Below are positions 30,133 to 40,625 of a stretch of DNA of 64,000 nt, piece after piece. The position numbers and the translations under genes were made by a program. Position 1 is the stretch's first letter. Every line of letters starts with the position of its first letter. This DNA is from Candidatus Latescibacterota bacterium (GTDB lineage: Bacteria; JAAXHH01), in contig JAJEAN010000007.1 in the NCBI GenBank assembly GCA_022822725.1, positions 1,125,045 to 1,189,044 of the forward strand, written 5' to 3'. Below the pieces are notes generated by a model that saw only the letters and a program-made list of their open reading frames with translations, did not search any database and had not been told where the DNA came from.

Positions 30133-30999
30133 CTACAGCATATACCGTTTCAGGTGCGCTCGCGCCCGGACGAAGCCTTCTTCTTCCAGCTCCCACGAGC
30201 CATAATACCGCCCGTCCTCGTGCTCGATGCTCAGTATGCCGTCGTAGCCGAAGTCCTCGAGCCGTTTCACGATGAGCGCCCAGTCGGCCAGACCCTCACC
30301 GGGGATGCAGTAACGCCAGCAGCCTTCACCGAAGGCGATCGGGGAACCGAAGGAAGGCTTGATTCTGCCGTACAGATAAAGGGCTTCCTCGTCGAAGACA
30401 GTGTCCTTGGCGTGCACGTGGTGGGCCCGATGGCCGAATTCTTTCAGGAAACGCAACGGATCGACGCCCAGGCGGATCAGGTGCGACGGGTCGTAGTTGA
30501 TGCCGAAGGCGCGCGACGGGCAGGCCTCGAACATGGCCCGCAGCATCTCGGGCGTGGCGCCGATCCGCTCATGGTGAGTCGATCCCCCGGGCCAGCCTTC
30601 GAGGGCGATGGTCGCTCCGTGGGACTCGGCGAAATCCACGATGTCGGGCATCGTGCGCTTCCACTGCAGGAAGGTCGCCTCGCGGCCCTGGGCGGGATCC
30701 TCGGGGGCCGGTGCGACGTAGAACAGGTTGGTCACGCCGTGGTCGACCGCGCGCTGGATGGAATCCCTGGACGCGCCCAGTGCCTGCGCCCGTTGACCGG
30801 CGTCATCGCTCAGCAATTCCGTGCCCGCGACGAGGTCCACCTGGCCGATGGCCACGCCGTGTGCTTCGGCGTTCCGGACCATGTCGCCGTCGATCCGGGA
30901 CACGTCGATCGCATCGAAGCCCTTCTCGGCCATCCACGCGCATACCTCTTCGAAGGGCATGGCGTTCAAACGGCCCGTACTGCGAATCCCCACTCTCAT
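30133..30999 (-). CDS. Sugar phosphate isomerase/epimerase (xylose-isomerase-like TIM barrel)
   Basis: AP_endonuc_2-like barrel. The likely start is MRVGIRSTG at 30999. Confidence 0.65.
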   Translation of the reverse strand: MRVGIRSTGRLNAMPFEEVCAWMAEKGFDAIDVSRIDGDMVRNAEAHGVAIGQVDLVAGTELLSDDAGQRAQALGASRDSIQRAVDHGVTNLFYVAPAPEDPAQGREATFLQWKRTMPDIVDFAESHGATIALEGWPGGSTHHERIGATPEMLRAMFEACPSRAFGINYDPSHLIRLGVDPLRFLKEFGHRAHHVHAKDTVFDEEALYLYGRIKPSFGSPIAFGEGCWRYCIPGEGLADWALIVKRLEDFGYDGILSIEHEDGRYYGSWELEEEGFVRARAHLKRYML

Positions 31000-31030
31000 T
31001 GAAACACTCCTTATGCTTGAGAAAACGTCA

Positions 31031-31059
31031 TTGACACAACCGCCCGCCAATGTATATGA
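31031..31059 (+). promoter_or_regulatory. Candidate promoter for bioY
   Basis: Perfect -35 TTGACA at 31031-31036 and TATATG at 16 nt spacing, 85 nt upstream of the bioY ATG. Confidence 0.3.
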
Positions 31060-31143
31060 ACCTGCATGAGGTGGCAAGGCAAAGCAGCCCATTCGGGCAT
31101 GCGGAAGTAATCCGGTTACGCCGGAACGACAGAAAGGGTCCTT

Positions 31144-31695
31144 TTGTCCAGGAACGTGCGGTTGGCCACGGCCTCCCTGATGGCAGCACTGACGGCGGTG
31201 AGCGCTTATATCAACATACCGATCGGCCCCGTGCCGATCACGATGCAGACCTTCTTCGTCCTGCTTTCCGGCGCCGTACTCGGCGGCCGCTGGGGTGCCG
31301 GCAGCCAGGCGGTCTACGTCTGCCTCGGACTCGCCGGCATCCCTGTATTCGCCGGTGGCATGACCGGCCCGGCGGTCGTGCTTTCACCCACCTTTGGTTA
31401 CCTTGTGGGGTTCGTTTTCTGTGCGTTTCTGACCGGTAGTTACCTGGACCGATTCACCCGGCGCAGCGTCTTCCATCTAACCGCCGGTATGCTGCTCGGG
31501 CATGTCGCCATCTTCGGTTGCGGCCTTTTGTATCTATACGCCTACTTCAATTTCTACGCGGGCGTGGAGACCACCTGGCCCGTCACGCTGGCTGTCGGAC
31601 TGATCCCTTTCCTCCCCTTAGGACTGGTCAAACTCGTCCTGGCGATTTCCGTCACCCGGACCCTTTCGAAGTATGTCCGGCTGGAAAATCCGTGA
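31144..31695 (+). CDS. bioY: Biotin transporter BioY
   Basis: 183 aa, 6 TM, with the PITMQTFFVLLSG motif. Confidence 0.8.
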   Translation: MSRNVRLATASLMAALTAVSAYINIPIGPVPITMQTFFVLLSGAVLGGRWGAGSQAVYVCLGLAGIPVFAGGMTGPAVVLSPTFGYLVGFVFCAFLTGSYLDRFTRRSVFHLTAGMLLGHVAIFGCGLLYLYAYFNFYAGVETTWPVTLAVGLIPFLPLGLVKLVLAISVTRTLSKYVRLENP

Positions 31696-31828
31696 ACCTT
31701 CCATCGGGTCGGACATGATACTCGCTGGTCCGCAGTCACCGGGCACCTTAGCCCGCTGTTGACACGCCATTGCCGCTATTGTATAGTCTTTAGCCTGCCG
31801 GGATCCAGCGTTCCGCATCGATACCTTC

Positions 31829-33655
31829 ATGCACACGACTGCCACAGGAATGGTTATGAAGAAGGAGACACGATCGGTCCAACCCGTAGGCGCGCGCGTC
31901 CCGCCCCTTTCCGCACGAGGTCATGCCGCCGCCGTCAAGGCCCTTTCCGCACGGAGACGTACCGCCGCCGTCAAGGCCCTTTCCGCACGGAGACGTACCA
32001 TCGTCGCCGCAGCCTGCCTTGCCGGGGTGATCTGCTGCTTCCTGCCGGCCGCCATGCTGACCGGCGCCGTCCCCGCGGTCAACTCCATCGGCAAGGAGAT
32101 GCCGCCGGACGCGGCGACCCTGGACCGGCAGGTGTTCCGATACACGCTGGTCGAACCGCTGACCTTCGATGTCAGTATCAACCTGTACGAAGGCCAGGGA
32201 GCGCTGGTCCTGTTCGAACGCCTGGTCATGCTCGACAAGAACCTGGAGCTTGTCGGGGCCGCGGCTTCCTCGTGGGAACAGTCGGCCGACGGGCTGCGCT
32301 GGACGTTCAAACTCCGCCCAGACGGGATGTGGAGCGATGGCCGCAGGGTCACGGCACACGACTTCGAATACACCTACAAGCGGTTCCTCGATCCGGCCGT
32401 GGCAAGCCCGTACGCCTTCTTCTACTACGAAATCAAGGGCGCTCGCCCCTTCAACCAGGGCAGCGTGACGGACCCGTCGACCGTGGGCGTACGGGCCCTG
32501 GACGATTTGACGCTGGAGATCGAAACGGAGAAGCCCTGTCCCTACCTGCCCTTCATCGTCGCGTTCACCGGGTCGGGACCAGTACCCCGGTGGCAGGTCG
32601 AAAAACACGGGGTCCAATGGAGCGAGGCGGGGAACCTGGTATCCAGCGCGAGCTACACCCTCTCCGAATGGCAGAAGGGCAGGCAGGCCACGCTGACCCT
32701 CAACCCCTTCTATACCGGTCCTCACATGGGGTACCTCGAGAAAATCGTCCAGGTCTTCACCACGGGACACCCGGGCACCCCGCCGTATGAGAACGACGAG
32801 ATCGACTATCTCAGGGTCATGCTGACCGACCTGCCCTTTATCGAAAACCATCCGACGTTGAAGAACGAACTCGCGTACTACGCCTTTCCGGAAACCTGGT
32901 ACCTCTTCTTCAAGACCGGCGAACCGCCCTTCGACGATGTCCGCGTGCGGCGCGCCATCAGCCACGCCATCGACCGCGAGGTGTTGTGCAGTGTCGTGCT
33001 GCGCAATACCGGAGTGCCGGCATACTCGATGCTGCCACCCAGGTTTCCCGGCAGTGCGGACGCGTCCATACAGTCCGTCCAGGCCTATGATCCGGACCGC
33101 GCCAGGGCCCTTCTGGCGGAAGCGGGTTATCCGGACGGCAAGGGGTTTCCAGCGATCGATTTCTGGATCGGCAAGGCCAATCCCCAGATCAGCTACACCG
33201 CACAGGCCGTGCAGGCGATGCTGGCCAATACCCTGGGCCTGCGGCTCCGCATGCGGGGATCGGAAGACAAGGTATACCGGGACAACATGTACGAGTGGAA
33301 CATTCCCATGGGCCTGGGTGGGTTCAATGTGGACTATCCCGATCCGAACAACCTGCTCGGCATGGTGTGGAGGTCGCAGCCGAGGGGTTTCGGGCGACAG
33401 GACTGGCGCAACGACGACTTCGACCGGCTGATCGACGCGGCGGCGGCCGAAATGGATCACGACAAACGCATGGGCATGTACCGAGAAGCGGAACGGATCC
33501 TGGTGGAAGACGTGGGCGGCGCGTTTCTGTACCACAACATGACGGTAGAACTGCGAAAACCGTACCTCAAGGGTCTCGAAGTCAACAAGTTCGGATACGC
33601 GATGTTCTCCTGGATCGGCGTCATGCACACAAAGATGTACATCGCCCGCCATTAA
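31829..33655 (+). CDS. ABC transporter substrate-binding protein, family 5 (peptide/nickel/opine type); orphan
   Basis: SBP_bac_5 fold. The N-terminus contains a 12 aa duplication. No cognate permease or ATPase lies adjacent. Confidence 0.8.
   Translation: MHTTATGMVMKKETRSVQPVGARVPPLSARGHAAAVKALSARRRTAAVKALSARRRTIVAAACLAGVICCFLPAAMLTGAVPAVNSIGKEMPPDAATLDRQVFRYTLVEPLTFDVSINLYEGQGALVLFERLVMLDKNLELVGAAASSWEQSADGLRWTFKLRPDGMWSDGRRVTAHDFEYTYKRFLDPAVASPYAFFYYEIKGARPFNQGSVTDPSTVGVRALDDLTLEIETEKPCPYLPFIVAFTGSGPVPRWQVEKHGVQWSEAGNLVSSASYTLSEWQKGRQATLTLNPFYTGPHMGYLEKIVQVFTTGHPGTPPYENDEIDYLRVMLTDLPFIENHPTLKNELAYYAFPETWYLFFKTGEPPFDDVRVRRAISHAIDREVLCSVVLRNTGVPAYSMLPPRFPGSADASIQSVQAYDPDRARALLAEAGYPDGKGFPAIDFWIGKANPQISYTAQAVQAMLANTLGLRLRMRGSEDKVYRDNMYEWNIPMGLGGFNVDYPDPNNLLGMVWRSQPRGFGRQDWRNDDFDRLIDAAAAEMDHDKRMGMYREAERILVEDVGGAFLYHNMTVELRKPYLKGLEVNKFGYAMFSWIGVMHTKMYIARH
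31928..31999. repeat. 36 bp x2 perfect tandem duplication in the SBP 5' region
   Basis: gccgccgtcaaggccctttccgcacggagacgtacc x2, encoding AAVKALSARRRT x2. Confidence 0.9.
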
Positions 33656-33715
33656 AAGCGAAGGCATCGAAGACGACGGCCCGGAAGACGGTCGATTGGA
33701 AGGAGAGCGCGGGAC

Positions 33716-34558
33716 TTGAACGGGGATGGGGTCGTAACCGAAGACGTCGTACGCCAATACCGGGAAGACGGCGCGGTATGCATACGACAGGCCTTCAGTC
33801 CGCAATGGGTGTCCGTCGTGGAAGCCGGCGTGTCACGCAACCTGGCCGAGCCCAGCGATTACGCGGGCACCCTGAAGGCCGGCGAGGCGGACCGGGGCGG
33901 GTTTTTCGACGACTACTGCAACTGGCAGCGGATTCCCGAGTACCGCGACTTCGTGTATGCGTCGCCCGCGGGCGCCATGACGGCGCGGCTCATGGAATCG
34001 CGGAGTTCCGTTTTCTATCACGAGCACCTGCTGGTCAAATGGCCCGGCACGCTCAAAAGGACGCCCTGGCACCACGACCAGCCCTATTACCCGGTAAACG
34101 GCCGCCAGAACGTATCCCTGTGGATGCCGCTGGACCCGGTTCCCAAAGCGTCCAGCGTCCGGTTCGTCCGGGGTTCCCACGACTGGGGAAGGTGGTTTGT
34201 ACCCCGCAAGTTCGCCACCGAGCGCAATTACGCCATCGAGGACGCATCGGCGCAATCCATGCTCGGAGACCGGCCCTTCGAGGACGTGCCGCCTATCGAC
34301 GAAAACCCTGAAGACTACGAGATCCTGGCATGGGACATGGAACCCGGCGACGTCATCGCCTTTCACATGTGCACGCTGCACGGCGCGGCGGGCAACCAGT
34401 CTCTCACCGATGCGCGCCGGGTCCTGGCCACCCGCTGGCTCGGAGACGACGCCCGGTTCGCGGCCCGACCCTGGGAGATCTCCCCCACGGAGACCGGGGG
34501 GCTCGCCCCCGGAGACCCCATGGCCTGCGACCTGTTCCCCCGAGTCTGGTCCGCATGA
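33716..34558 (+). CDS. Phytanoyl-CoA dioxygenase (PhyH) family Fe(II)/2-oxoglutarate oxygenase, copy 1
   Basis: HxD...H facial triad context (WHHDQPYYP, HMCTLHGA); 280 aa. Confidence 0.75.
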   Translation: MNGDGVVTEDVVRQYREDGAVCIRQAFSPQWVSVVEAGVSRNLAEPSDYAGTLKAGEADRGGFFDDYCNWQRIPEYRDFVYASPAGAMTARLMESRSSVFYHEHLLVKWPGTLKRTPWHHDQPYYPVNGRQNVSLWMPLDPVPKASSVRFVRGSHDWGRWFVPRKFATERNYAIEDASAQSMLGDRPFEDVPPIDENPEDYEILAWDMEPGDVIAFHMCTLHGAAGNQSLTDARRVLATRWLGDDARFAARPWEISPTETGGLAPGDPMACDLFPRVWSA

Positions 34559-34571
34559 CGGAGCGCGTGCA

Positions 34572-35381
34572 ATGAACCACCGGTTGTCGAGCGAACAGAT
34601 TGCCTCCTACCGTGAGAACGGCTTTCTCATCATAGAAGACTTTCTGAACGAATCAGAACTGGTGACCTGGCGGTCCGCGGTGGATGAAGCGGTTTCGCTA
34701 AGAGACCGGAACAGGATGCCCGAAGGGTCCTACCACCTGCCCGGGAAGGTAACGGCGGATGACGAAGCCGTATTCCGGCAGCGGATCAACCTGTGGATGG
34801 ATCACGAAGGCGTCCGCGCGCTGATGCTGGACGGGCGGCTGGGGAAGATGGCGGCGGACCTGGAGGGGGTCGACGGGATCCGGATCTGGCACGACCAGGC
34901 CCTGATCAAGCTGCCCTGGGCCAATCCCACCACCTGGCACCAGGACAATACCAAGTGGTCCTTCGCGTCGGAACACGCCATCACCATCTGGGTCGCCCTG
35001 GACGAAGTGACGACCCAGAACGGCTGCATGTTCTTCATGCCCGGTTCACACAAAAAGAGGCGCGACGATTTCCCGGCGGCGGGGAAACAGGTGGGGGCCA
35101 TGTTCGAGGCGTATCCCGATCTCGGCCGGATGGACCCCGTGCCCGTCGTCATGCCGGCGGGGGGATGTTCCTTCCACAACGGCCTGATCGTGCACGCCGC
35201 CAACGCGAACATGACGCCAAGGCCGCGCCGCGCGTTCACCTGCGCCTACATGCCCGACCACAGCACGTTCAACGGCATCCCAAACGTGCTTCCGAACCGT
35301 ATCCTCGATACGATCGAATTCGGCGACCCGCTGGATGACAACGCACAGAACCCGCTTATATACTCGAAAGACGTTTCCTGA
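34572..35381 (+). CDS. PhyH-family Fe(II)/2-oxoglutarate oxygenase, copy 2
   Basis: ATG at 34572 (MNHRLSSEQIASYRENGFLII..), 13 nt after the copy-1 stop; WHQDNTKW .. FHNGLIVHAA. The track shows it embedded in the longer ORF 34197..35381. Confidence 0.75.
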   Translation: MNHRLSSEQIASYRENGFLIIEDFLNESELVTWRSAVDEAVSLRDRNRMPEGSYHLPGKVTADDEAVFRQRINLWMDHEGVRALMLDGRLGKMAADLEGVDGIRIWHDQALIKLPWANPTTWHQDNTKWSFASEHAITIWVALDEVTTQNGCMFFMPGSHKKRRDDFPAAGKQVGAMFEAYPDLGRMDPVPVVMPAGGCSFHNGLIVHAANANMTPRPRRAFTCAYMPDHSTFNGIPNVLPNRILDTIEFGDPLDDNAQNPLIYSKDVS

Positions 35382-35400
35382 AAAGCACCGCCCTGACTGA

Positions 35401-38130
35401 GTGCGAGGAGGTACATCGATGATAAGGCTCACCGTCCTGCCGCTTTGTTGCCTGGTTCTTCTCGCCGGGATGATCCCCCGGACCACAGAAGCGCAGGATT
35501 TCGAATACTGGCCCGGTACCGAGTACGATCCCTCGGTGCCCACCGCGGAGGAGGTCCTGGGTTTCCGGATCGGGGACCGGATCACGCCCCACGCGGGACT
35601 GATGAAGTACCTGGAAGCGCTCGAGTCGGCCCTGCCCGGCCAGGTGCGCATACTCGAGTACGCCCGGTCCTGGGAAGGGCGTAAGCTGGTGTACGCTTTC
35701 GTGGGGTCTCCGGAACGTATCGGCGCGCTTGCGGAAGTCAGCGCGGGCATGAAACGGCTGGCCGACCCGAGAATAACCCCTCGTGCGAGCGCCGACAGCC
35801 TGATCGCTTCGCTGCCGGTAATCGTCAACCTGAGCTATGCCGTCCACGGCAACGAGATATCCCCGGGGGATGCGGCGCTGCTCACGGCCTACCACCTGCT
35901 GGCGGCCCGCAACGACCCGGTGGTTGACCGGATCCTCGAAGAGACGATCGTGATGATCGACCCCGTTCAGAATCCGGACGGACGGGACCGGTTCGTCCAT
36001 AATTACGAGATCGCCGAAGGCCTGGAACCGAATGCCAGTCCGCTTGCGGCCGAGCACAACGAACCGTGGCCCGGGGGCCGGACCAACCACTACTACTTCG
36101 ACCTGAACCGCGACTGGATTTCGCTTAACCACCCCGAGACCCTGGGCCGGGTGAAGGTCCTGCAGGACTACTACCCGCCCGTATTCGTCGATCTGCACGA
36201 GATGGGTTCCAACTCGACCTATTACTTCGCGCCCGAGGCGATACCCTATAACCCGCACCTGGCCGGGGATCAGCGGGAGAGTCTCCAGCTCTTCGGCAGG
36301 AACAACGCGAAGTGGTTCGATCACTATGGTTTTTCATACTTCACTCGGGAGATCTTCGACGCCTTCTATCCGGGTTACGGCGCCAGCTGGCCGTCCTACT
36401 ACGGCAGTGTGGCCATGACCTACGAACAGGCGTCGGCCCGGGGGCTTGTCGTCAAGAGAAGCGACGCGTCGGTCATGCACTTCAGGGACACGGTCCGTCA
36501 CCACTTCGTCGCCTCCATCGCCACCAGCGAAACGGCTGCGATCCACCGGGAAAAGCTCCTGGCGGATTTCTACGCCTACCGGCTGTCCGCGATCGAAGAA
36601 GGCCGCAGCGAGGATGTCAGGGCCTTCATCCTTCCACGCAGGCCGGACGGCAACACCTCGGGCGTGGACAAGCTCGCCTGGCTCATGGCCTATCACGGCG
36701 TGGAGGTGCAGCAGGCAGGAGCGGACTTCCGGTCCGGAGGCGAGACCTATCCCGCGGGCAGCTACGTCATTTCCCTCGCCCAGCCGGCCAAGCGCCTGGC
36801 GCGCACACTCCTGGACAAGCACGTTCCCATGGATGACGACTTCATCGAGGAACAGGAGCGGCGGCGGAGCAAGGGCATGGGCGACCAGATCTACGACGTA
36901 ACCGCATGGTCGTTCCCGCTGATGTACAACGTGGAGGCCGTGGCCGTGGACCGGATGGTGGAGGGAGATCTCGCCCTGGTCGATCCGGTCATGGTCCCAC
37001 CGGGTTCAATCCAGGGCGGCCCGGCGGAAGTCGCCTACCTGGTGCCCTGGGGCACCCAGGCCGCCGGACGTCTGCTGGCCGCGTCGCACAGGGCAGGACT
37101 CCGTGTTTTCAGCTCCGACCTGGCCTTCGTACAGGGAGACCGGCGCTATCCATCCGGCACGTTGATTTTCAAAGTCAAGGAGAACCCGGAACACCTGCAC
37201 GAAACCCTGGAGGCCATCGCCGCGTCCTCGGGCGCGGAGGTCATCGCGACGGACACCGGCTGGGTCGATGAAGGACCCAACTTCGGCAGCAACAACGTGG
37301 TCTACATGCGCAAGCCGCGAATCGCCCTGGCCTGGGACCGCCCCACCCGCGCCTACAACGCGGGCGCCACCCGTTTCGTCGTCGAACGCCAGATCGGTTA
37401 CCCGGTAACGCCCATCAGGACGCGCCAGCTCGCCACGGCCGACCTGAGAGACTTCGACGTGCTGCTGCTGCCGGATCCGGGATTCGGCGGCACCTACGGC
37501 GCCGTACTCGGCGACAGAGGAACCCGCCGTATCAGGGAGTGGGTGCGCGGCGGCGGCACGGTGGTCGGACTGGGCGCCGGCGCCACGGCCTACCTGGCGG
37601 CAGAATCTACCGGCCTGCTTTCGACGACCAGAGAGGACGAGGCCGAAGACGCCGGCAACGGCGACGGTGGCGATTCCGGTGACGGAAACGGCTCCGGACG
37701 CATTTTCGAGACGGAAGACGAATACCTTCAGTCTTTGAATCCCGATGATCCCGCACCGCCGTCCTCGCAGGGCGTGCTCCTCAAGGCCGGGCTCGACCCG
37801 GACCACTGGCTGGCGGCGGGAAGGGACCGCACCGTGAACGCCCTGGTGAGCGGCAGCTCGATCTTTACGCCGCTCAAGCTCGACGCGGGCAATAACGTGG
37901 CGGTCTTTCTGGGTCCCGACGATGTCCTCGCCAGCGGGTTCGCCTGGGAAGGCAGCACGAAACAGCTGGCCTTCAAGCCCCTGCTCATGGAAGAGCGGCA
38001 CGGCCGCGGCCTGGCCATCGGGTTCACGGCGGACCCGAACTTCAGGGCCTACATGGACGGCCTGAATATCCTGCTGCTCAACGCGATCTTCCGCGCTCCG
38101 GCCCACGCGGCAGCGGTGGTGACGGAGTAG
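35401..38130 (+). CDS. Secreted M14-family zinc carboxypeptidase with a long C-terminal extension
   Basis: Signal peptide; HGNE zinc ligands; NPDG; 909 aa. Confidence 0.8.
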   Translation: MRGGTSMIRLTVLPLCCLVLLAGMIPRTTEAQDFEYWPGTEYDPSVPTAEEVLGFRIGDRITPHAGLMKYLEALESALPGQVRILEYARSWEGRKLVYAFVGSPERIGALAEVSAGMKRLADPRITPRASADSLIASLPVIVNLSYAVHGNEISPGDAALLTAYHLLAARNDPVVDRILEETIVMIDPVQNPDGRDRFVHNYEIAEGLEPNASPLAAEHNEPWPGGRTNHYYFDLNRDWISLNHPETLGRVKVLQDYYPPVFVDLHEMGSNSTYYFAPEAIPYNPHLAGDQRESLQLFGRNNAKWFDHYGFSYFTREIFDAFYPGYGASWPSYYGSVAMTYEQASARGLVVKRSDASVMHFRDTVRHHFVASIATSETAAIHREKLLADFYAYRLSAIEEGRSEDVRAFILPRRPDGNTSGVDKLAWLMAYHGVEVQQAGADFRSGGETYPAGSYVISLAQPAKRLARTLLDKHVPMDDDFIEEQERRRSKGMGDQIYDVTAWSFPLMYNVEAVAVDRMVEGDLALVDPVMVPPGSIQGGPAEVAYLVPWGTQAAGRLLAASHRAGLRVFSSDLAFVQGDRRYPSGTLIFKVKENPEHLHETLEAIAASSGAEVIATDTGWVDEGPNFGSNNVVYMRKPRIALAWDRPTRAYNAGATRFVVERQIGYPVTPIRTRQLATADLRDFDVLLLPDPGFGGTYGAVLGDRGTRRIREWVRGGGTVVGLGAGATAYLAAESTGLLSTTREDEAEDAGNGDGGDSGDGNGSGRIFETEDEYLQSLNPDDPAPPSSQGVLLKAGLDPDHWLAAGRDRTVNALVSGSSIFTPLKLDAGNNVAVFLGPDDVLASGFAWEGSTKQLAFKPLLMEERHGRGLAIGFTADPNFRAYMDGLNILLLNAIFRAPAHAAAVVTE

Positions 38131-38176
38131 CACGACAGGTACGACAGCGGCGTTCAACAGAAAGGCGGTACGAAGG

Positions 38177-39184
38177 ATGTCCACCATTCCCATGCGCAAT
38201 ACCCCGCCCGACCATGGCATAAGGGTACCGTACGAAACCCATTCGGCGTTTATCCGGGCGCTTTTCGTTTCGGCCGGCATGGGCGTCGATGAAGCGGAAC
38301 TGATGGGCAGAATACTCGCCACGGCCGACAAGCGCTGCGTGTACAGTCACGGCACGCAGCAGGCGCTGGGGTACCTGCCGAAGCTACGCGACGGCGAGGT
38401 GAATCCACGCCCCGACGTAACCGTGGTCCGCGAATCGGAGACCGTCGTGGTCCTGGACGGGGACGGCGGCATGGGGTACGGACCGTCCCACCGGGGCATG
38501 GAGACCGCCATCGAGAAGGCGCTGGCCCATGGCCTGGGAGCGGCCACTACCCGGAATCACTATCATTTCGGCGCGGCCGGAAATTACTCCCGCATGGCCC
38601 TCGAACACGGGTGCGTGGGATGGGCGCTGTCCACCCACCGCGTCGCCCTCGATCCAGATAATGTGATTATGTCCGCAAGCGGCGGTTCGCCCATGAGCCT
38701 GGCCTTCCCGACGCGCAGCCAGCCACCCCTGGTGCTCGACATGGCCGCGGTTTTCATGGGATACAAAGACGAACTGTTCCAGGAGTTCTATGCGCTGTTC
38801 GCCAAGAGCCTGGGTCTCGCGGTCGCCCTGCAGGCACTCGGCGGCATTCTGGCCGGCATCTGGAGACCGGAATTTCAAGCGCCGCAGGCGAAATGGGAAT
38901 CCAACCAGGGCGCCTTCCTGCTGGCCATGAAGGTCGATCACTTCATGGACCTGGACGAGTTCGAGCAGACCCTGGACGAGTTCGTATCGAAGGCGAGAAA
39001 GATGAGACCGTTCCCGGGCATGCCACACGCGGAACTGCCCGGCGGCATGGAGTGGCGGTGGGAAAGGGAAAACGAGGAGAAGGGCGTCCCGCTGAGCGAC
39101 GACCATCGCGCGAAGCTGGAGGAAATCGCGCACACGTTTAACGTAGAGCCGCCTTACGGGTCGTTCGAATCCACGCGATTCTGA
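38177..39184 (+). CDS. Ldh_2 family (malate/L-lactate/Pyr2C-reductase-type) NAD(P)H oxidoreductase
   Basis: 335 aa; Ldh_2 fold (..HYHFGAAGNYS..). Confidence 0.75.
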   Translation: MSTIPMRNTPPDHGIRVPYETHSAFIRALFVSAGMGVDEAELMGRILATADKRCVYSHGTQQALGYLPKLRDGEVNPRPDVTVVRESETVVVLDGDGGMGYGPSHRGMETAIEKALAHGLGAATTRNHYHFGAAGNYSRMALEHGCVGWALSTHRVALDPDNVIMSASGGSPMSLAFPTRSQPPLVLDMAAVFMGYKDELFQEFYALFAKSLGLAVALQALGGILAGIWRPEFQAPQAKWESNQGAFLLAMKVDHFMDLDEFEQTLDEFVSKARKMRPFPGMPHAELPGGMEWRWERENEEKGVPLSDDHRAKLEEIAHTFNVEPPYGSFESTRF

Positions 39185-39311
39185 GCCCAATTCGCGACGA
39201 ATTCGCGACGCCGCCGCGGAGCCGAAACGCATTCGAAACGATTCCGCGCGGAGCCTGCGGGGACTATGCGGGGTCGTCGTGGAGCCTGCGGGGCCGAATC
39301 TTAGACCGCGA

Positions 39312-39728
39312 TCAGGAAGACGGCCGGTCGAACCAGGTTTCGTGCACGCGCAGCCACTCCAGGCCGTTCGGCTTCTCCTCATTGCGGCGGAAGACCGCGG
39401 TGCTGTGCCTCGAAGTCGTCTCCCCGCCCTCCGTCTGCCATTCCTCGTATTCCGCGACAACGAGCGCCCGGTCTTCCTCCAGCACCCGTACGTGCTCGAT
39501 CCAGATTCGGATGCCCTGCCGGCCGGCGTGGGCGTCATAGAGGCCTTTCAGCAACGGCCCGCGTTCCACTTTGTTGCCCTGCGGCATGACGATTACGAAG
39601 GCCTCGCCGAGGGCGGTATCTATTCGGTTGAAAGCCTCCGCGGTCCTGGGGACCCGGCCGTTGAACCAGTCTTCGAAGCACCGGTGCAACGTGTCGATTT
39701 CGTTTCGGCATGCTTCATGAATCTGCAT
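39312..39728 (-). CDS. SnoaL-like/NTF2-fold (DUF4440-like) protein
   Basis: 138 aa with an alpha+beta cone composition. Confidence 0.55.
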   Translation of the reverse strand: MQIHEACRNEIDTLHRCFEDWFNGRVPRTAEAFNRIDTALGEAFVIVMPQGNKVERGPLLKGLYDAHAGRQGIRIWIEHVRVLEEDRALVVAEYEEWQTEGGETTSRHSTAVFRRNEEKPNGLEWLRVHETWFDRPSS

Positions 39729-39825
39729 GGATGAACCCGGTTTCCGGTCGCGAGGTGCAGGAGTTCAAAACTGATTGAGTAACTTAAATCAATGAAGTAA
39801 GTCGTTAACGAGGCCGTCCGGTAAT

Positions 39826-40368
39826 TCAGCGGCCCACCTTGAAGCCCACCGTGGCGTAGACCGCGCTTGTGCTGACGCCCTTGTCCAGGCTGATATACCT
39901 TCCTTCCAGGCCCACGAACACGATGCCCAGCGACATGCCGATCATAACGCCCGGATGCGCATAATAGGTATCTGTCGTCCGGGTAATGACCGTCCTGGTA
40001 TCGTCGTCTTCCTGGTTCACCGTCTCCTCCGAGTCCTGTGCCCGTCCTACGCCTATCATGGCGCGCACGAGAATGGGAGATGATACCAGCGTAACGCCCG
40101 CGTCCACCCCGTACAACAGCAGGGATTTCTCGCCGTCGCCTTCTATGGTCGAAAGGTGATAGGTCGCCCTCGCCCCGACGTGAATGGTCCGAATGCCGGA
40201 CGGCAGGTTCAGAATCACGCCGCCGCCCCCGCCTCGCTCATATTCGTTCAGGGCCTGTCCGCCGTGGAAGCTGAACTCCGCGCCCTGGGCATGGACCGGT
40301 TCCACGGCCGGGAAAGCGAATAGAGATACAACAATGAATATCCGATAGGCCAACCTTTTCCCGGGCAT
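39826..40368 (-). CDS. Small outer-membrane beta-barrel protein
   Basis: Signal peptide MPGKRLAYRIFIVVSLFAFPAVEPVHAQG, alternating amphipathic strands, and a C-terminal aromatic residue. Confidence 0.5.
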   Translation of the reverse strand: MPGKRLAYRIFIVVSLFAFPAVEPVHAQGAEFSFHGGQALNEYERGGGGGVILNLPSGIRTIHVGARATYHLSTIEGDGEKSLLLYGVDAGVTLVSSPILVRAMIGVGRAQDSEETVNQEDDDTRTVITRTTDTYYAHPGVMIGMSLGIVFVGLEGRYISLDKGVSTSAVYATVGFKVGR

Positions 40369-40625
40369 GGACTTCCTTTGCGTTAGGTCCGGATGACGGG
40401 TAAAGCGATCAGCCGGATCCCCAATCAGCAATACGACAGGCATTGAGTTTCGCGATCCGTAATGATGATAGCCCGGGCCGGTGGTTTCCGTCCATTACTT
40501 TCTTCGCACGTTTAACGAAACCTGTTTGCAGCCGGCCCCACAAAAAGTAGATATTAAGTCCTGCAATCCAACCCGCGGCTCAATGGTCCAAAACCGCAGA
40601 CAACCACTTTCCCGGCTGAAAACGT

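Noticed and set aside
31790-33805. 671 aa - strand ORF
   Set aside because: Antisense to the family-5 SBP gene.
37006-39538. 441 aa and 384 aa - strand ORFs
   Set aside because: Antisense to the M14 carboxypeptidase and Ldh_2 genes.
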